Positions 36,406-50,106 of a stretch of DNA of 64,000 nt are shown here, piece after piece. Position 1 is the first letter of the stretch. The number at the start of each line of letters is the position of its first letter. A model generated the notes under the pieces. That model had not been told where the DNA came from, made no database searches, and was given only the letters and a program-made list of their open reading frames with translations. Origin of the DNA: Azolla caroliniana (taxonomy: Eukaryota; Plantae; Polypodiophyta); NCBI GenBank assembly GCA_043228905.1, contig JBHGNT010000007.1:3286001-3350000 (forward strand), given 5' to 3'. The translations under genes were made by a program, and so were the position numbers.

Positions 36406-38522
36406 CCTCGGGTTTCGCTGCCGAGGGCCTCGCGGTTACGCTCGTGGTTTGGTCTTACCGTTAGGAACTGGACCGAGTGGCGCCCGTCCTGGCTTTTGAC
36501 TCTTGCATAGGCTGAACCGTTGTCCAACACCTTGGTCTCCATCCGTGCCGCCGTGATATATGGCTCTCCTAGTATAATCGGATGCGAGGACGTCTCCTGC
36601 ACGAAGAAGTGCTGGTTGATCTCGACATCGCCGATTTTCACCCGTACGTTCGGACAGGCCCCATGTAGTTCTTCCATGGCGCGCACCGCTCCCCATATCT
36701 TCCAGCCATGCTTGATGTTGATCGGCCATTTCCCCTTCTTGTAGAAGTCCATGGACATCAAATTGATTTCTGAACCGTAGTCCACCAACGCCACCACCGG
36801 TTCATGAACATCTCCGATCTTCACGGGGGTCTCCGTGGTCGCTCTGGCCCAGTGCGGCCTTGAATAGTGGCTCTCCGCCAACTCGTCTTCCAACGCCATG
36901 TCCTTTATGTGCGTCGTCCGCACCTCCACCGGCTTCTCCGGTTCTGTCTCCGTCGAAAGCCTCTTCCTTTTCACCAAGTCTACGATGGAGTCGTGGAACT
37001 CTTTCTTGGCGATCCCGAGCACTTCCCTCAGCGACAATTCCACCTTGCTGTCGAGGATTCGTTCTTCCAGGACCTTTCGCAGGTCCGTGGATCTTTCGAT
37101 TTCTGTGCCCAGCCGGTACCCGCTCCTCTTGGGATTATCCTGGGGGCCGGTTACACCGGCCTCATTCCGCCTTTGCCCGAATCGAGTTACATATCGTTGC
37201 GAGGGCCCGGCCCCCCCGGTTTTTCCTACCCACTTGTCCTCCATTAGAGCCTCGTAGTTTTGACAAGCGGCTTCGACGAAGCCCGTCTTTTCTTCCACCA
37301 GGTCACTCCACCCGGTTACCTCCCGGACCCGTTTTTCCGCGCGGTCCGCCTCTTCTTTCCTTCGTCGTGCGCTGGCGAGGCCTTCTAGCATCGTCGGCCA
37401 GAACCCGGCTTTGTTCGTCTTTGGGGCCTCGCCACCTCTGACCCGAATACCAGCTGACGCCGAGTAGTGGACGGTCTCCGCGTGACGAGCCGCCGCCTCC
37501 TCCATCAGCCTTTTCATACCCCCTCGCCCGACGTTCAGGTCCAGGGCCCTTCGGGTCTCGCTGGCGTGCACCCGACCGTTCCACAGGTACACCATGTTGC
37601 TTCTCATCGCCTCGGAGAAGTCCCCGTAGTCCTTCCGGATGTGGCCAACCGCGTCACACCACATGCACCTGTTTTCAGCAAGAGGTCGTCGGTCACGGGC
37701 CTGTTTGCCACCATCCCTCCGTGCCTAGGCGATCTGGAGATCCTTTACCATCCGCGTCAGTTCCTCCAGAGCTGCTCCCCCGGACGAGCCCTTGACCATG
37801 CCGGTCGAAGCCGATCCGGTCTCGAGCCAATCTCGGGTCTCTTCCCTTCGCGTTGGTGGTATTGGCTCGAGCTTCCTTGCTGCGATAGAGCCCGCCCCTG
37901 TCGATCCTTTGTCAACCCATTCCCGCCGTTTGTCGAAACAGCCACAGACCCTCTTCACCACGGCCCAGTCGGCCGTCAGCCCGTCATCAGTCTCCAATAG
38001 GAGGCCTACTTGCTCCAGATCCCGCTTGTCAACTGACTTAACAAACAATAGGACACGACTTGTGTCCAGAATGGTCCGGTCAAGCACCGAGAGGCGCGCG
38101 AAGCGTTCCTCAAACTCCTGGAGGAGCACCGACGCGTTCCTTCCTTTGTCGGCGGTCTCCACCCATTCCATGAAGTCCCGCTTCGAAAGTCAAAGCGCAT
38201 CTTCAAGCCCGTATTTTTCGAGGAGCCGACCTTCGAACTCCTCCCAGGTCTGGCTCTCGGCCCGTACCTCGAGCAGCTCCGTATGGATGCCCGACATCGC
38301 CACTCGAGGGAATCCGACTAGACGCCTCTCTTCCGGAATGTCCCTCATTACCATCTCAGCCCGGTAGGACGCCAAGTCGTTCGTGGCATCCTTCCCACTA
38401 AACCGGCCGATCGTATCGACAACCGCCTCGATAGCCCTATCAAGGGCGCCGGTGCCTTCGCGCGCACTCACTATACGGTCCACATCCGAAGCCATGGCTT
38501 CTGCGAGGTCCGACCCCCTCAT
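36396..38522 (-). pseudogene. gag: G5 Gag-protease
   Basis: MRGSDLAEAMA; WCDAVGH; VDYGSE; ends GDF-TAG. Confidence 0.92.
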
Positions 38523-39378
38523 CTTCTACTCCTCTACCGCATGTTCACGTTGGGTTCACCAAAGATGTCGCGTTGTTACGCGCGTGCGTGGAGAACAAGG
38601 CGGAAGCACTGGGGTCTTGGACCGAAGAATAGGTGAGAAAAGGGAGAGAGAGAGAGAGACGCTCACACACGTATAAACAAAGAAGCGCATGGGGATGACG
38701 GGAACTGAATGCTCCTTATACACAACGCTCGGCCACAACCGAACTTAGAATGATCCACAGAAAAACGGGAAATAAAACACGACACGAAGAGGAGAAAGAT
38801 ACACAGGAGGTTTACGTGGAAAACCCCAAACTAGGGGAAAAAACCACGGCATCCCACAAGCTGCAAAATGTCACTATGTAAGAATGTACAATAGTGAGTT
38901 CACTGAGGCAACGACCTCATGCTCACAGATCTTCGCCACAGGCGGCGGTTACAACAGAGGCAACGACCTCTTTCTCTCTCTCTCTCTCTGTACACAGTTA
39001 CACACTCTCGCTATACTTTTTCCAACAAGAATGACAACGACACCAACTAAAGTTTGCCCTAAGTCATATTTATACTAATATGACTTTTCGGCTATTTACA
39101 AATATAGCCTCGGTGGACTATCAGAAAACATATTTACGAATATGTCTCTTCATCCGGTTCTCCGTAGCTGGGTACTCCTCATCCAGTTCATACCGGGTCT
39201 CCACCATCCGGCTCTCCGTAGCTGGGTACTCCTCATCCGGTTCATACCGGGTCTGCACCATCCGGCTCTCCGTAGCTGGGTCCTCCTCATCCGGTTTCGG
39301 CCTCGACCGAGTTTGTTCATCGGCACTGTTCTCATCCCTTCCCATCCGGAGGGACCTGTCTCCCAACAAACTCCCCCT

Positions 39379-42300
39379 TCACTCCGGCATGGGATGTCTT
39401 ACCAGTCCGATCCTCTTCCGGCATGCATCCAGCTTGTCGGGTATCAACACTTTGGTCAGCATATCTGACCCGTTCTCAGCCGTGTGGATCTTCGTCAGCG
39501 CGAACCCCTGGTCATCTACTCTCTCCCGGATCCAGTGGTACCTCCGCTGGATATGCTTCGTCCGGGAATGGTAGGCCGCATTCTTAGCAAGGTGGATGGC
39601 ACTTTGACTGTTGCAATAGAGTCGGTATTCATCTTGCCGGATACCAAGCTCTCCGATGAAGTCCTTCATCCATAATATTTCCTGCCGACTTCCACAGCCG
39701 CCATGTACTCCACCTCTGTGATTGACAAAGCAACCGTCTTCTGCAGCCTTGACTGCCACGAAACAGCTCCCCCTGCATATGTCATTACATATCCGGATGT
39801 AGACCGGCTGGTATCCACATCAGCCGACATGTCCGAATCGGTGAAACCATCCAGTTGAGGTTTTCCGGAGCCGAATCGGAGACACATATTTGAAGTGCCC
39901 TTCAAATACCGGAGTATCCATTTGACCGCGTTCCAGTGCTCCTTGCCGGGATTGCTCATAAACCGGCTCACCACTCCGACTGCGTATCCTATATCCGGTT
40001 GGGTACACACCATAGCGTACATCAAGCTCCCGACGGCAGAGGCATATGGAATCTTCATCATATCCGTCTTCTCTGCTTTCGTCTTCGGGCTTTGCTTACC
40101 GGATAGCTTGCAGTTTGCCGGAAGTGTCGATCCAACCGGTTTCGCATCTGACATGTTGAATCGGTGAAGCACCTTTGTCACGTACTTCTCCTGTGACAGC
40201 CATAGTTGCTTCGCTGACCGGTTCCGGATGATGTGCATCCCCAGCATCTACCTTGCCGGACCCAAGTCTTTCATTGAGATGGTCCGGTTGAGAGCCTTCT
40301 TCAGCATCTGTATTTTGACTTTGTCCCGTCCGACAATCAACATGTCATCCACGTACAGAAGGAGTATCAGGAAGTCTCCTCCTTCGAACTTCTTCACAAA
40401 CACGCAGTGATCTGCTTGCGTCTTGTGGTACCCTTGATCGGTCATGAAGGAGTCGAACTTCCGGTACCATTGTCGGGGAGCCTGCTTCAGTCCATACAGG
40501 CTCTTCTTCAACCGGCATACCAGGTGCTCCTTCCCTTTCTCCACGAAACCTTTCGGTTGCTGCATGTAGATCTCCTCTTCGAGGTCGCCGTGAAGGAATG
40601 CAGTCTTCACGTCCAACTGCGCTACCTCGAGGTTCATGCTTGATGCTATACTCAGCACCGTCCGGATGGAGGTCATCTTTACTACCGGGGCAAATATCTC
40701 GTCGAAGTCCACGCCCTTCTTCTGCTGGAACCCCTTCACCATGATCCTGGCTTTGTATCTCGGGATTTTGCTGGCATCTCCCGGTTTCAACTTGTACACC
40801 CACTTGTTTCGGAGTGCCCGCTTTCCTTTCGGCAACTCCACCAATTCGTACGTATGGTTCTCATGTAGAGAATCCATCTCGTCTTGCATGGCACTTAACC
40901 ATTTTCAGTTGTGGGTGTCTTTCTGCACTTCTTCGAAGCTTTCCGGCTCCCCCTCATCGGTCAGCAGAATATGCTCTGCATCCGGAAATCTCCGTGGGGC
41001 CCTTCTCTCTCTGAGAGGATATCTCCGTCTCTGGGCTTCAGTGACCGGCTCATCCATCTGCTCTTCATCCGAATCCGATTCGGGGTCTTGGCCGGTTCCG
41101 GTTTCAACTTCCTCTACTTCTTCTTCAGACCATTCGGTATCCTCACCGTAACCGTCTGGTCCTTTGAGTGCTAACCGGTCTCTTGCCGGTTGGGACTGCT
41201 CATCGTAGAGTCGATCCTTACCGGTCGACTCGAAGTTCATTATCTTCTCCTCCGACTCCAAGTCGGCGAGTGTCTTGTTCTTCATGAAGATAATATCTCG
41301 ACTCCGGAATACCTTCTTATCGACCAGGTCCCACACTCGGTAGCCGAACTCATTGTCACCGTAACCGAGGAATATGCATGGCCGGGTCTTTGGATCTAGC
41401 TTTCCTCTCCGGTCCTTAGCTACATGCACGTACGCGAGACACCCAAACACCTTCAAATGGCGGTAGGATACTTCCTTACCGGTCCACACTCTCTGTGGCG
41501 TGTCTCCGTCCAAGGGTACTGAGGGTGATCTATTTATCACATATGTCGCCGTCGATAGTGCCTCAGCCCAAAACTTCTTGGGTAGTTTTGCATGTGCTAG
41601 CATACTCCGGACCCTCTCCATTATGGTCCGGTTCATCCTCTCGGCCAATTCGTTTAGTTCCGGTGTCTTCGGCACGGTAAATTCGAGCCAGATTCCCTTC
41701 GAGCAGCAGTACTCCTCAAACTGCCCCCGGTACTCTCCTCCGTTATCTGCTCGAACTGCCTTCAGCTTCCGGCCGGTTTCTCTTTCCACTCTCGGGTGGA
41801 GCTCTTTGAAGACGGATAACACCTGATCCTTCGTCTTCAACGGTGTGGCCCACAACTTCCGGTTGTGGTCATCTATGAACGTCACGAAGTACTGCGCTCC
41901 GGCATGTGACTTCGTGTCTACTTGACACACGTCCGTATGCACCAACTCCAGTGGTGCATTACGTCTCATCGGTGGCCTTGGTCGGAAGGAGGTCCGGTTC
42001 TGCTTACCGGCCAGACAATCAGTGCACTTCTCCAAGTGCACGTTCTTCACTGGAATGAGGTTGTCTTCTGCAAGCCTCTTCATCCCCTTCTCGCTCATGT
42101 GACACAGCCTCTTGTGCCATAGCTCACCGGCAGTGTCGGATGCCATGTTCACTTCCTCCGGACATAACGGGTATTCATCAGGTACAGAGTGTTGACCTTC
42201 CGGGCCCGAGCCACAATCAGGCTCCCTTTGCTGAACTTCATGACACCGTTCCGGATGCTACCCGTGTAGCCCTCATCATCTAGCCGACCGGCTGATATCA

Positions 42301-43275
42301 GGTTCAGTCGAACCTCCGGAACGTGTCGTACATCCTTTAGCAGCAACTTGCATCCGGTTGGTGTCGATAGCCACACGTCTCCTATACCAACAATTCGGCA
42401 TGTACCTTCATTCCCCATCCAAACACAGCCGTGATCACCGGCTGAGTAGGATGAGAAGCATTTCCGGTCCGGGGTAAGGTGGAACGACGCTCCAGAGTCT
42501 ACCACCCAGGTCATCTCGTCGCCGGCAAGGTTTATCTCACTCTCCTCGGTGATGAGCATCAACTCCTCTTGACTTGCCGCGATTGCCGTCGTTCCCTTCC
42601 GGTCCAGCCCCTTCCTGTCTTTACCCTTCCGGTCCGGGGTCCGTTTCGAATCGGTACCGTCGGTCTCCTTATCTTTCCGGAAATGCCGACAGTTCTTTTG
42701 GAAGTGTCCCGTCTTGCCGCAATGGAAGCAAGTAGGCCTCCCCCTTGACTTTGACCGTGTCCCCGACTTCTCCCGGTTTTGGGGACTACGGTTTCTATGT
42801 CTTCCGCGTTCCGATTCGGTAAGTAGCGCTTTGGAGTCAGAGCTCATATCTTTATCTTTCCGACGCGCCTCCTCATCTAGCAAGCTCGACTTTACTCTTG
42901 CTAGGGATAACCATTTTCCTTCCGGCCCGGCGTTGCCCAAAGTGACAACCAACGTCTCCCAACTATCCGGGAGGGAACCGAGCAGGAGTAGCGCTAGTAC
43001 CTCGTCGGCGAGAGGTACTTCCAGTGACGTTGCCTAGTGTATCAGCCCCTAGAAGGCATTCATATGCTTCGCCATGCTGGAGCCATCTTGGTACCGGAGT
43101 CTTACGAGCTTCCGGAATACCGAGACCGGATTAACAACATTTTTGTTTTGAAACATTATGCCGATCTTCTCCCAGAGCTCATGAGCCTTGCTCTCTTCAT
43201 TGAAGTTGTTGTACAGGCTCATGTCAATGAAGCACCGTATGTACGCCGTTGTCTTCATATGCATCACCTCCCATG
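39379..43275 (-). pseudogene. pol: K1 Copia gag-pol polyprotein (fragmented)
   Basis: CFHCGKTGHFQKNC; VDSGAS; LWHKRLCH; VHTDVC; ADNGGEY; LDVKTAFLHG; YVDDML; SRTKHIQRRYH. Confidence 0.94.
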
Positions 43276-43627
43276 TACACAGGATGTTTACGTGGAAAAC
43301 CCAAACTAAGGGAAAAACCACAGCAGCCCACAAGCTGCAAACTATCACTATGTTAGAATGTACAACAGTGAGTTCACGGAGGCAACGACCTCGTGCTCAC
43401 GATCTTCGCCACAGGTGGCGGTTACAACAGAGGCAACGACCTCTTTCTCTCTCTCTCTCTCTCTGTACACTATTACGCGCTCTATCTTCTTCTTGCACCA
43501 ACAAGAATAACAACAACAGTAACTATAAGTTTGCCCTAAGTCATATTTATACTAATATGACTTTTCGGCTATTTACAAATATAGCCTCGGTGAACTATCA
43601 GAAAACATATTTACGAATATGTCTCTT

Positions 43628-43880
43628 CATCCGGTTCTCCGTAGCCGGGTACTCCTCATCCGGTTCATACCGGGTCTGCACCATCCGGCTCTCCGTAGCC
43701 GGGTACTCCTCATCCGGTTCATACCGGGTCTGCACCATCCGGCTCTCCGTAGCCGGGTACTCCTCATCCGGTTCATACCGGGTCTGCACCATTCGGCTCT
43801 CCATAGCCGGGTACTCCTCATCCGGTTCATACCGGGTCTGCACCATCCGGCTCTCCGTAGCCGGGTCCTCATCCGGTTTC
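43628..43880. repeat. 54-bp tandem repeat (~4.5 units) in K1 5' LTR
   Basis: Unit CCGGCTCTCCGTAGCCGGGTACTCCTCATCCGGTTCATACCGGGTCTGCACCAT; about 2.5 units in the 3' LTR at 39151-39297. Confidence 0.93.
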
Positions 43881-44512
43881 GGCCTCCGCCGAGTTTGTTC
43901 ATCGGCACTATTCTCATCCCTTCCCATCCGGAGGGACCTGTCTCCCAACAGGGGACACGGCCTAACAACGCAGGCGACACGAGTTGAGCAGTAGATAGAG
44001 TATAAGAACACTAGTGTATGTATTTGTATGTATGCAGACGACTCGAACGGTTACAGTCGATCAGGTCGGCGAGATTGATGCCGACACCTGATCACCCACG
44101 CACACAGGGGACCAAGATGGAGATTCTGCCGGAAGCACACGAGCGTTCCACGGAGCAGAATTAGCCTCTCGAGAACCTGCGCGAAGAAAGTTATGGAGAA
44201 CAACAGAGAAGAAGAGCTCGGTCCCAGTCCGACAACACTTCCTCCCTTCTAGCGTGCGATCCCTTCACTCCCCGTCTCCCTATCTTTTATAGCTCAAGGA
44301 GGGAGACCGTTTCACCCGTTTACATCACATTAATTCTCTGTCCTTTCGGACAAAGATACTCCTCAATTCTCCCTATAGAATATTGCTACCTAGGATTCGA
44401 CTTTTGTGCCTACCTATCTACTATACAACAAGGGGCGTGCCCACGTGTAAGGGCCGGTTCACACACGCTATACACGGTTTGCGCCTGGGGACGGTTTTCT
44501 TCACGACACCGG

Positions 44513-44829
44513 TTCAACCGGACGCACCAGTTGCGACCAAAGAAGATCGAGGAAGGCAACTGGGTCTTGGTATACGACAACAGCCTCGACAATCAGCACA
44601 AGGCGGTGCGAAAGTTCTCTAGGAGATGGTTCGGGCCCTACACAGTGACGAGCGCGAACGACAATGGCACGTACCACCTCGCAGAACTCAACGGGACACA
44701 GTTAGCGGTGCCGGTGGCCAGAAAACGGATCAAAGCGTTCAAAAAGCGGTTTGAAGACGAGCCGGAGCCTGCGGGAGCGACAACGACGATCAGTTTGGGT
44801 TCGGCGGAGAATCGAAGACCAACGAGTGA
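44513..44829 (+). pseudogene. pol: G3 integrase C-terminus
   Basis: RPKKIEEGNWVLVY; RRWFGPY. Confidence 0.88.
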
Positions 44830-45538
44830 GGCCAGGTTTCTTCGGTATCTACCCGTCTCTGGCGCATACCGGTGGATGCGCGGTTTGGTGGGGGTGGATG
44901 TCATGAAGAAAACCGGCCATAGGCAGAATTGGAGAGAAAGCGCATAAACCGGCTCTTACACGGATGGACACGTGACTTGATATTTTGTACACGAATCGGT
45001 GGATGTAGATACTAAGCAACACACATTTATTAGGGGGATTGTGCGTATCTCTGTCAGGGGGGTGGATAGGGAATAAAGCAAATTGACAGGAGGATGGGGA
45101 TAAAAAGGAGAAGAGAGAGGGGAGAAAGGGATCGCGCGCTAGGGAGGACGGAGTGCTGCTGCAGATCTGAGTGCCGAGCTCTCTCTTCTCGTCCGGTCGT
45201 TGGTCTCTGTGGGTCGGGACTTCGCCACCTCTGCTTCGTGGACAACCCGTGCGCTTCCAACAGAGGCTCTCCCCCTCTGTTTTGTTTCTGGGTGTCGAGC
45301 GTGTGCTGTCTGTGTGTGTGAGTAGGATCCCCGTGTCGGGTCCATTGCCGCCTTGTCGGTTGTAACTGTCAGAGTCGTGTTCTCTTGTTATTGTAATCTC
45401 TTGTTACTGAAATCAAGTGTTACGTTCCATATTTCGCCTTCTCGCTCCGCGTATCTACAAATCTCTCTCTCTCCTCGGTTCAAGACCCCCGTGGTCCCGC
45501 CCCTTTCTCCACGCACGCGCGTAACAACACGACAACGT

Positions 45539-48500
45539 AGTGTAGCTTTCCAATGAGTCTCCTTCGGCTTGTTGCTGAATCGACTCACCACACCAACCGC
45601 AAAACATATATCCGGCCTAGTGTTGCATAGGAAAATTAGACTTCCTATTAGTTGTCTATACTTCCTTATGTCAACCATTGGTGACGGGTCTGCTTGGGAT
45701 AGCTTGCAGTTTGACTCCATTGGAGTCAACTTCGACTTGTTGTCCATCATCCCAAAGGTCTTCAAGATCTCTATTGCATACTTTATTTGTGACATGAAGA
45801 TGCCAACCGAGGTTTGCCAAACCTCAATTCCAAGGAAGTAGTGTAGAATCTCCAAGTTTGTCATTTCAAACTCAGTTTTCAAACACTCTTGTGTTTGGCC
45901 AATACACTCTTCATGGTCACCAGTAATTACTAGATCATCCACGTAAATGATGATGATGACTTGTTTCTCGTCCTTCATTTTGACATACATGCTTGCATCT
46001 GAAGCACATTGCTTAAAGTCAATTGATTGTAAGAAGTTGTCTATCCTCTTGTTCCAAGCTCTTGGTGCTTGCTTTAGACCATACAACGCCTTCTTCAACT
46101 TGCAAACTTTGTTTTCTGAATTCGGCATCTCAAACCCTGGTGGTTGTGTCACGTATATCTCCTCTTTGATATGCCCATTCAGAAATTCCGATTTGACATC
46201 CATTTGATAAATCGGAAGTAGCCAACGATATGACCATTCGAATTGTTGTCATGCGAGTTGTCGGGGCAAATGTTTATTGTACATCGAACCCTTCAATTTG
46301 GGAGTATCCTTGCGCTATTAGCCTGGTCTAAAATTTCTCCAAAGAACCATAAGCTTTATACTTTACTTTCCACACCCACTTGGTGCCTATCACCTTCCTC
46401 TTTGTTGGCCTCTCTACCAACTCCCACGTGTCATTTTTCATGATGCTATCATATTCCAATATCATCGCCTCTTTCCACTTCGGGTTGGCCATGGCTTCCT
46501 CCACCGAGGTTGGCTCACTCATTGAGCCTATGATGTCCACCATCTGAGCCATGTTGACAATGTGGTCAGAGCTTCTCCCTTGCTCCTGTATTATTCTTGA
46601 TCTTCGTAATCCATCAGTTGAAGTTTCAAGAAACTCAACTTTAGGAGTACAGTCATTGAAGAGTTGTTGAGCCCACTTATTTATTTTCTTTACATGTGGC
46701 ACTGGCATAGGATGAACTAGCGAGCCATTACCATCAAATGGTTCAGCTTCCTTTTCTAGATAGTGGGTCGGGATTGGGTGGAATACTTCTTCGGTTGATG
46801 AGATAACTTGAGAATTGTTGTTCTCAGTTAGTTGTGGTCGTTCCTCATCGAACATCACATTGCGGCTTGTCAATATCTTTCTTGCCTCTGGATCGTAGAG
46901 TCGATAGGCCTTTGACTCTTCACTATATCCGAGAAAGATACACTTCTTGCTTTTAGCATCCAACTTCTTTCTGTTCACATCTGGAACATGTGCGTAGCAC
47001 GTACACCCAAAGGTTTCTTGCTTGAATAAGCTTCTTGGGGTGTTTTCCCTTGAAGTGTATTCGTGTAGCTCTAATTGAGGATGTAAACTATTGCATTCAC
47101 TGCTTTAGCCTAGAATGGGTCGGGCAACGCTTATGCCTTCAACGTACACCTAGCCATCTCGACAACTATTCGGTCTCGACGTTCAACAACACCATTTTGT
47201 TGTAGGGTGTAGGCAGTTGTAAGTTGGCGCTTAATTCCATGCTTTTTGCAATACTCACAGAATTCTATTGATAAAAATTCTCCACCTCAATCAGTAACTC
47301 CTTCACTAAATTTCCAGACTCCCGCTCGACAAACTTATGCCATCTTTTGAAGATTTTAAAAGCTTCAACCTTCTCCCGAAGGAAGTAAACCCACATCTTT
47401 CTACTAAAGTCGTGGACTACTAGCATATAGTAGAGAGATCCACCCATTGCAGGAATCATCATTTTTCCAGAGAGGTCGATGTGTATTAGTTGCAGAGGAG
47501 TCTTTGTTCGATTTTGACTCTCATTTGGAATGGCCGATCTTTGATGCTTGCCCATCATACAAGCATCACAAACATGACTTAAGCCAGATAGGGTTGGCAA
47601 CCCAACTACCATATTCGACTTCTTCATCTCCTTCAACACAACAACATTGAGATGCCCAAATCTCTCATGCCATTGCTTTGTGTTAGTACTTGTGTTGTGG
47701 TTAGTAGAAATTGTAAACACGCTCAGCTCATAGAGATTGTTGTTCCTTTCCCCTATTCCTACAACCTTGCTAGTAGAATCTGTTATTTCTGCACCCGACT
47801 TCTTGAATCTAAAATCCAGACCCTTGTCGGTTAGTGCAGAAATGGACAATAGATTCTTCTTGAGATCTAGCACGTACAACATTTGAGAGAGATGCTTTGT
47901 CCCGCCGGTCATTACTTTGGAGGAGACGGTTCCGGTTCCTTTGGCTGGACATCGAGCATTGTTCCCAACCGCAACATTGATGGGCTCTTGTAGAGGTGTC
48001 CAAGAGCTGTACCAGTCACGATTACTGGTCATATGTTGGGATGCTCCACTATTGAGAATCCAAGAGTCGTCGACAACTTGAGTGTTAAATGAAGAACACA
48101 CTTCTTCAGTTGCGACCCATAACTCAAGCTCATCTACGACATTGTTGGCGAACTCGGGCTCTCCCCAAGAAGTCTTGCTAGAACCATTCTTCTCATCCGC
48201 CATCTTCTTCTGACAATCCTTGATTTTGTGACCTTCTTGTCATAGTGGAAACACGATCCATTGAACTTTTTCTTCTTTGGTATCTTATTCGCATTGTTTG
48301 AATTGGATGCCCCTTTACCCTTAGTCCTAGAGACAAATGTTGAATCTTCCCTTCCTTCTCTTGTCTTCAGTCGAAGCTCCTCTTCAAGCAACATTGCACT
48401 TAGCTCATCAAAATTTAAAGGAGTGGCCCAAACCTGAGTGTTTAATGCTGTCACAATGCCATCATACTTGGAAGGAAGTACTCGAATGCAGCGACGAGCC

Positions 48501-49013
48501 ATATCCTCCGGAGAGACGACTACTCCAACGGCCGCCAACTAATCTTGAAGATCCTTAATCCATTTTACAAAGGATACTTCTTTCTCTCCATCAGTGAGCT
48601 TCTCTGCAACACGTTGATTTCCGAGGTTTTGTATCCTTGTATAGTTTTTGGTTTCATACGACCTAGGCAAAATGCTCCAAGCTTCATGTGCCCTGGTTGC
48701 ATGTTGAACTAATGTTAGTATAGAGTCACATACACCAGTGACTATGCTACACAACGCATCAACATTCTTTCTCTTCCAGCCTCAAAGTAGATCAACATTT
48801 GGAGGGATTGATGGGTGCAGGGTCAAAGGTCACCATGGGCTCAGGGTCTCCTCCTGTGGGCCCCATGATTGTCTCCAACAACTCGTAGGAGTCCAAAATG
48901 ACAAACATTTTGAACTTCCATAGAGTGTAGTTGGTTCCATCCAGCTTTCCATCAAACAATGGAGGTGGGCGAATGTGTAGTTGAGCAGCTGCAACCTTCG
49001 TGGACAAGGCCAT
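45539..49013 (-). pseudogene. pol: C2 Copia gag-PR-IN-RT (fragmented)
   Basis: KLDGTNYTLWK; WILNSGAS; WHERFGH; KLDAKSKKCIFLGY; [10 protein letters not shown]; IYVDDL. Confidence 0.92.

Positions 49014-49016
<3 letters not shown>

Positions 49017-49074
<58 letters not shown>
49017..49074. repeat. (CT)~29 microsatellite in C2 leader, just upstream of gag ATG
   Basis: Read directly. Confidence 0.92.
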
Positions 49075-49078
<4 letters not shown>

Positions 49079-50106
49079 TGTTGCCAAACAACAATACCTG
49101 TATATACCTAATTTAGATCAACCTCTCAACTCTGATACCATGTTAGAAATATTAAGAATCAATTAGATAGGTATATAGAGTTACAACCATAGAGAAGGAT
49201 ATATGAAAACAAAACTTCTATTACATATGAGAGTAGCTCACAATGGTAGTTCACCCATGCGCTCACACCTTAGAGCTTAGATGGGATTTGGACCAACTCA
49301 CTACAAAATTAGTGGCGACTGATGATCAATCAACCATTGTGTAAGAAAGTGGATTATATTCTATGTTTGGTCTGAGTATAACATTAAATGTGCAAGTAAA
49401 CTGATAGTAGTGGAGATATTCCTTTTTTTTGTCAACTGACTTGTCATTTAATATGAAACTCCCTAGATACAGACTAGTGTTAGATAGTACTTATCTTGAA
49501 GTCAATGACACATACTTCAAGTCTTAAGTACATCGTAACTTGCCCACAAAATATTCTAGTTGACTTGATTAGCCAATACTATTACCTATTTCGCTCTTTC
49601 CTAAATCCATTGTGTCCTACACATCTACGGTTTCCTAGATGAACACCTTATCGACCCATATGGTCGAGTTGCACACTAGCCGCTCCTCATTTGGGGCGCT
49701 ATCACAATATATGCACTCCAAGAGCACATATGGGGATAGATTTACAACTTGGGGCTGATCATTGATTATACTTAACATCTATGAGTGTCTTTCTTTGCTT
49801 CTTCGAAGTTTTCCGGCTCCCCCCCCCCCCCCGTCAGTCAACAACACATGCTCTGCATCCAGAAATCTCTGGGGGGGCCTTCTCTCTCTTAGAGGGTATC
49901 TTCTTCCTTGGTTCTCATCCACCGTTTCCTCCGTCTCTTCTTCATCAGAACCCGATTCAGGGTCTTGTCTGGTTCCGGTGTCCAAATCTTCTTCGATCGG
50001 TTCGGTCTCTTGTCCGACTTCGTCCGGTTCTTCAAGTGTTAGCCGACTTCCGGCCGAATGGGTCCCGTCGGTCAATCCGGTGTCTACTATCTTCTTCTTT
50101 AACTCC

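Larger units (their letters stand above)
38696..43950 (-). mobile_element. Ty1/Copia element K1 (Tnt1/Tork-like); 3' LTR 38696-39368, partial 5' LTR ~43275-43950; PBS and gag start deleted
   Basis: Perfect 5-bp TSD GGGGA; PPT directly adjacent to the pol stop codon; gag-PR-IN-RT-RH order. Confidence 0.94.
31431..44508 (-). mobile_element. Ty3/Gypsy element G5 (LTR class delta: 31431-31932 + 32721-32903; 38566-38695 + 43956-44508)
   Basis: PBS 38544-38561; PPT 32904-32922; TSD CCAG/CCGG. Both LTRs are interrupted by K-family Copia sequence. Confidence 0.93.
17711..45534 (+). mobile_element. Ty3/Gypsy element G3 (LTR class alpha: 17711-18348 and 44899-45534), containing G4 and G5
   Basis: Matching LTRs; PBS 18353-18370; PPT before 44899; TSD ATGT/ACGT. 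Coding pieces 18394-23252, 30941-31430 and 44513-44829. Confidence 0.92.
12970..49777 (-). mobile_element. Ty1/Copia element C2 (AT-rich family): 3' LTR 12970-13352 + 16885-17142, 5' LTR 49141-49777; split by X and G3
   Basis: Both LTRs read TGTTAGAAAT...TAACA on the + strand. PBS TGGTATCAGAG at 49130-49140(-); PPT at 17143-17153. 5-bp TSD GCTAT/TCTAT. Confidence 0.92.

Noticed and set aside
43188-44011. ORFs with 18-aa peptide repeats
   Set aside because: Translations of the 54-bp LTR repeat, open in several frames.
48792-49094. ERERER / LSLSLS proteins (also near 12269 and 63436)
   Set aside because: Translations of (GA/CT)n microsatellites.
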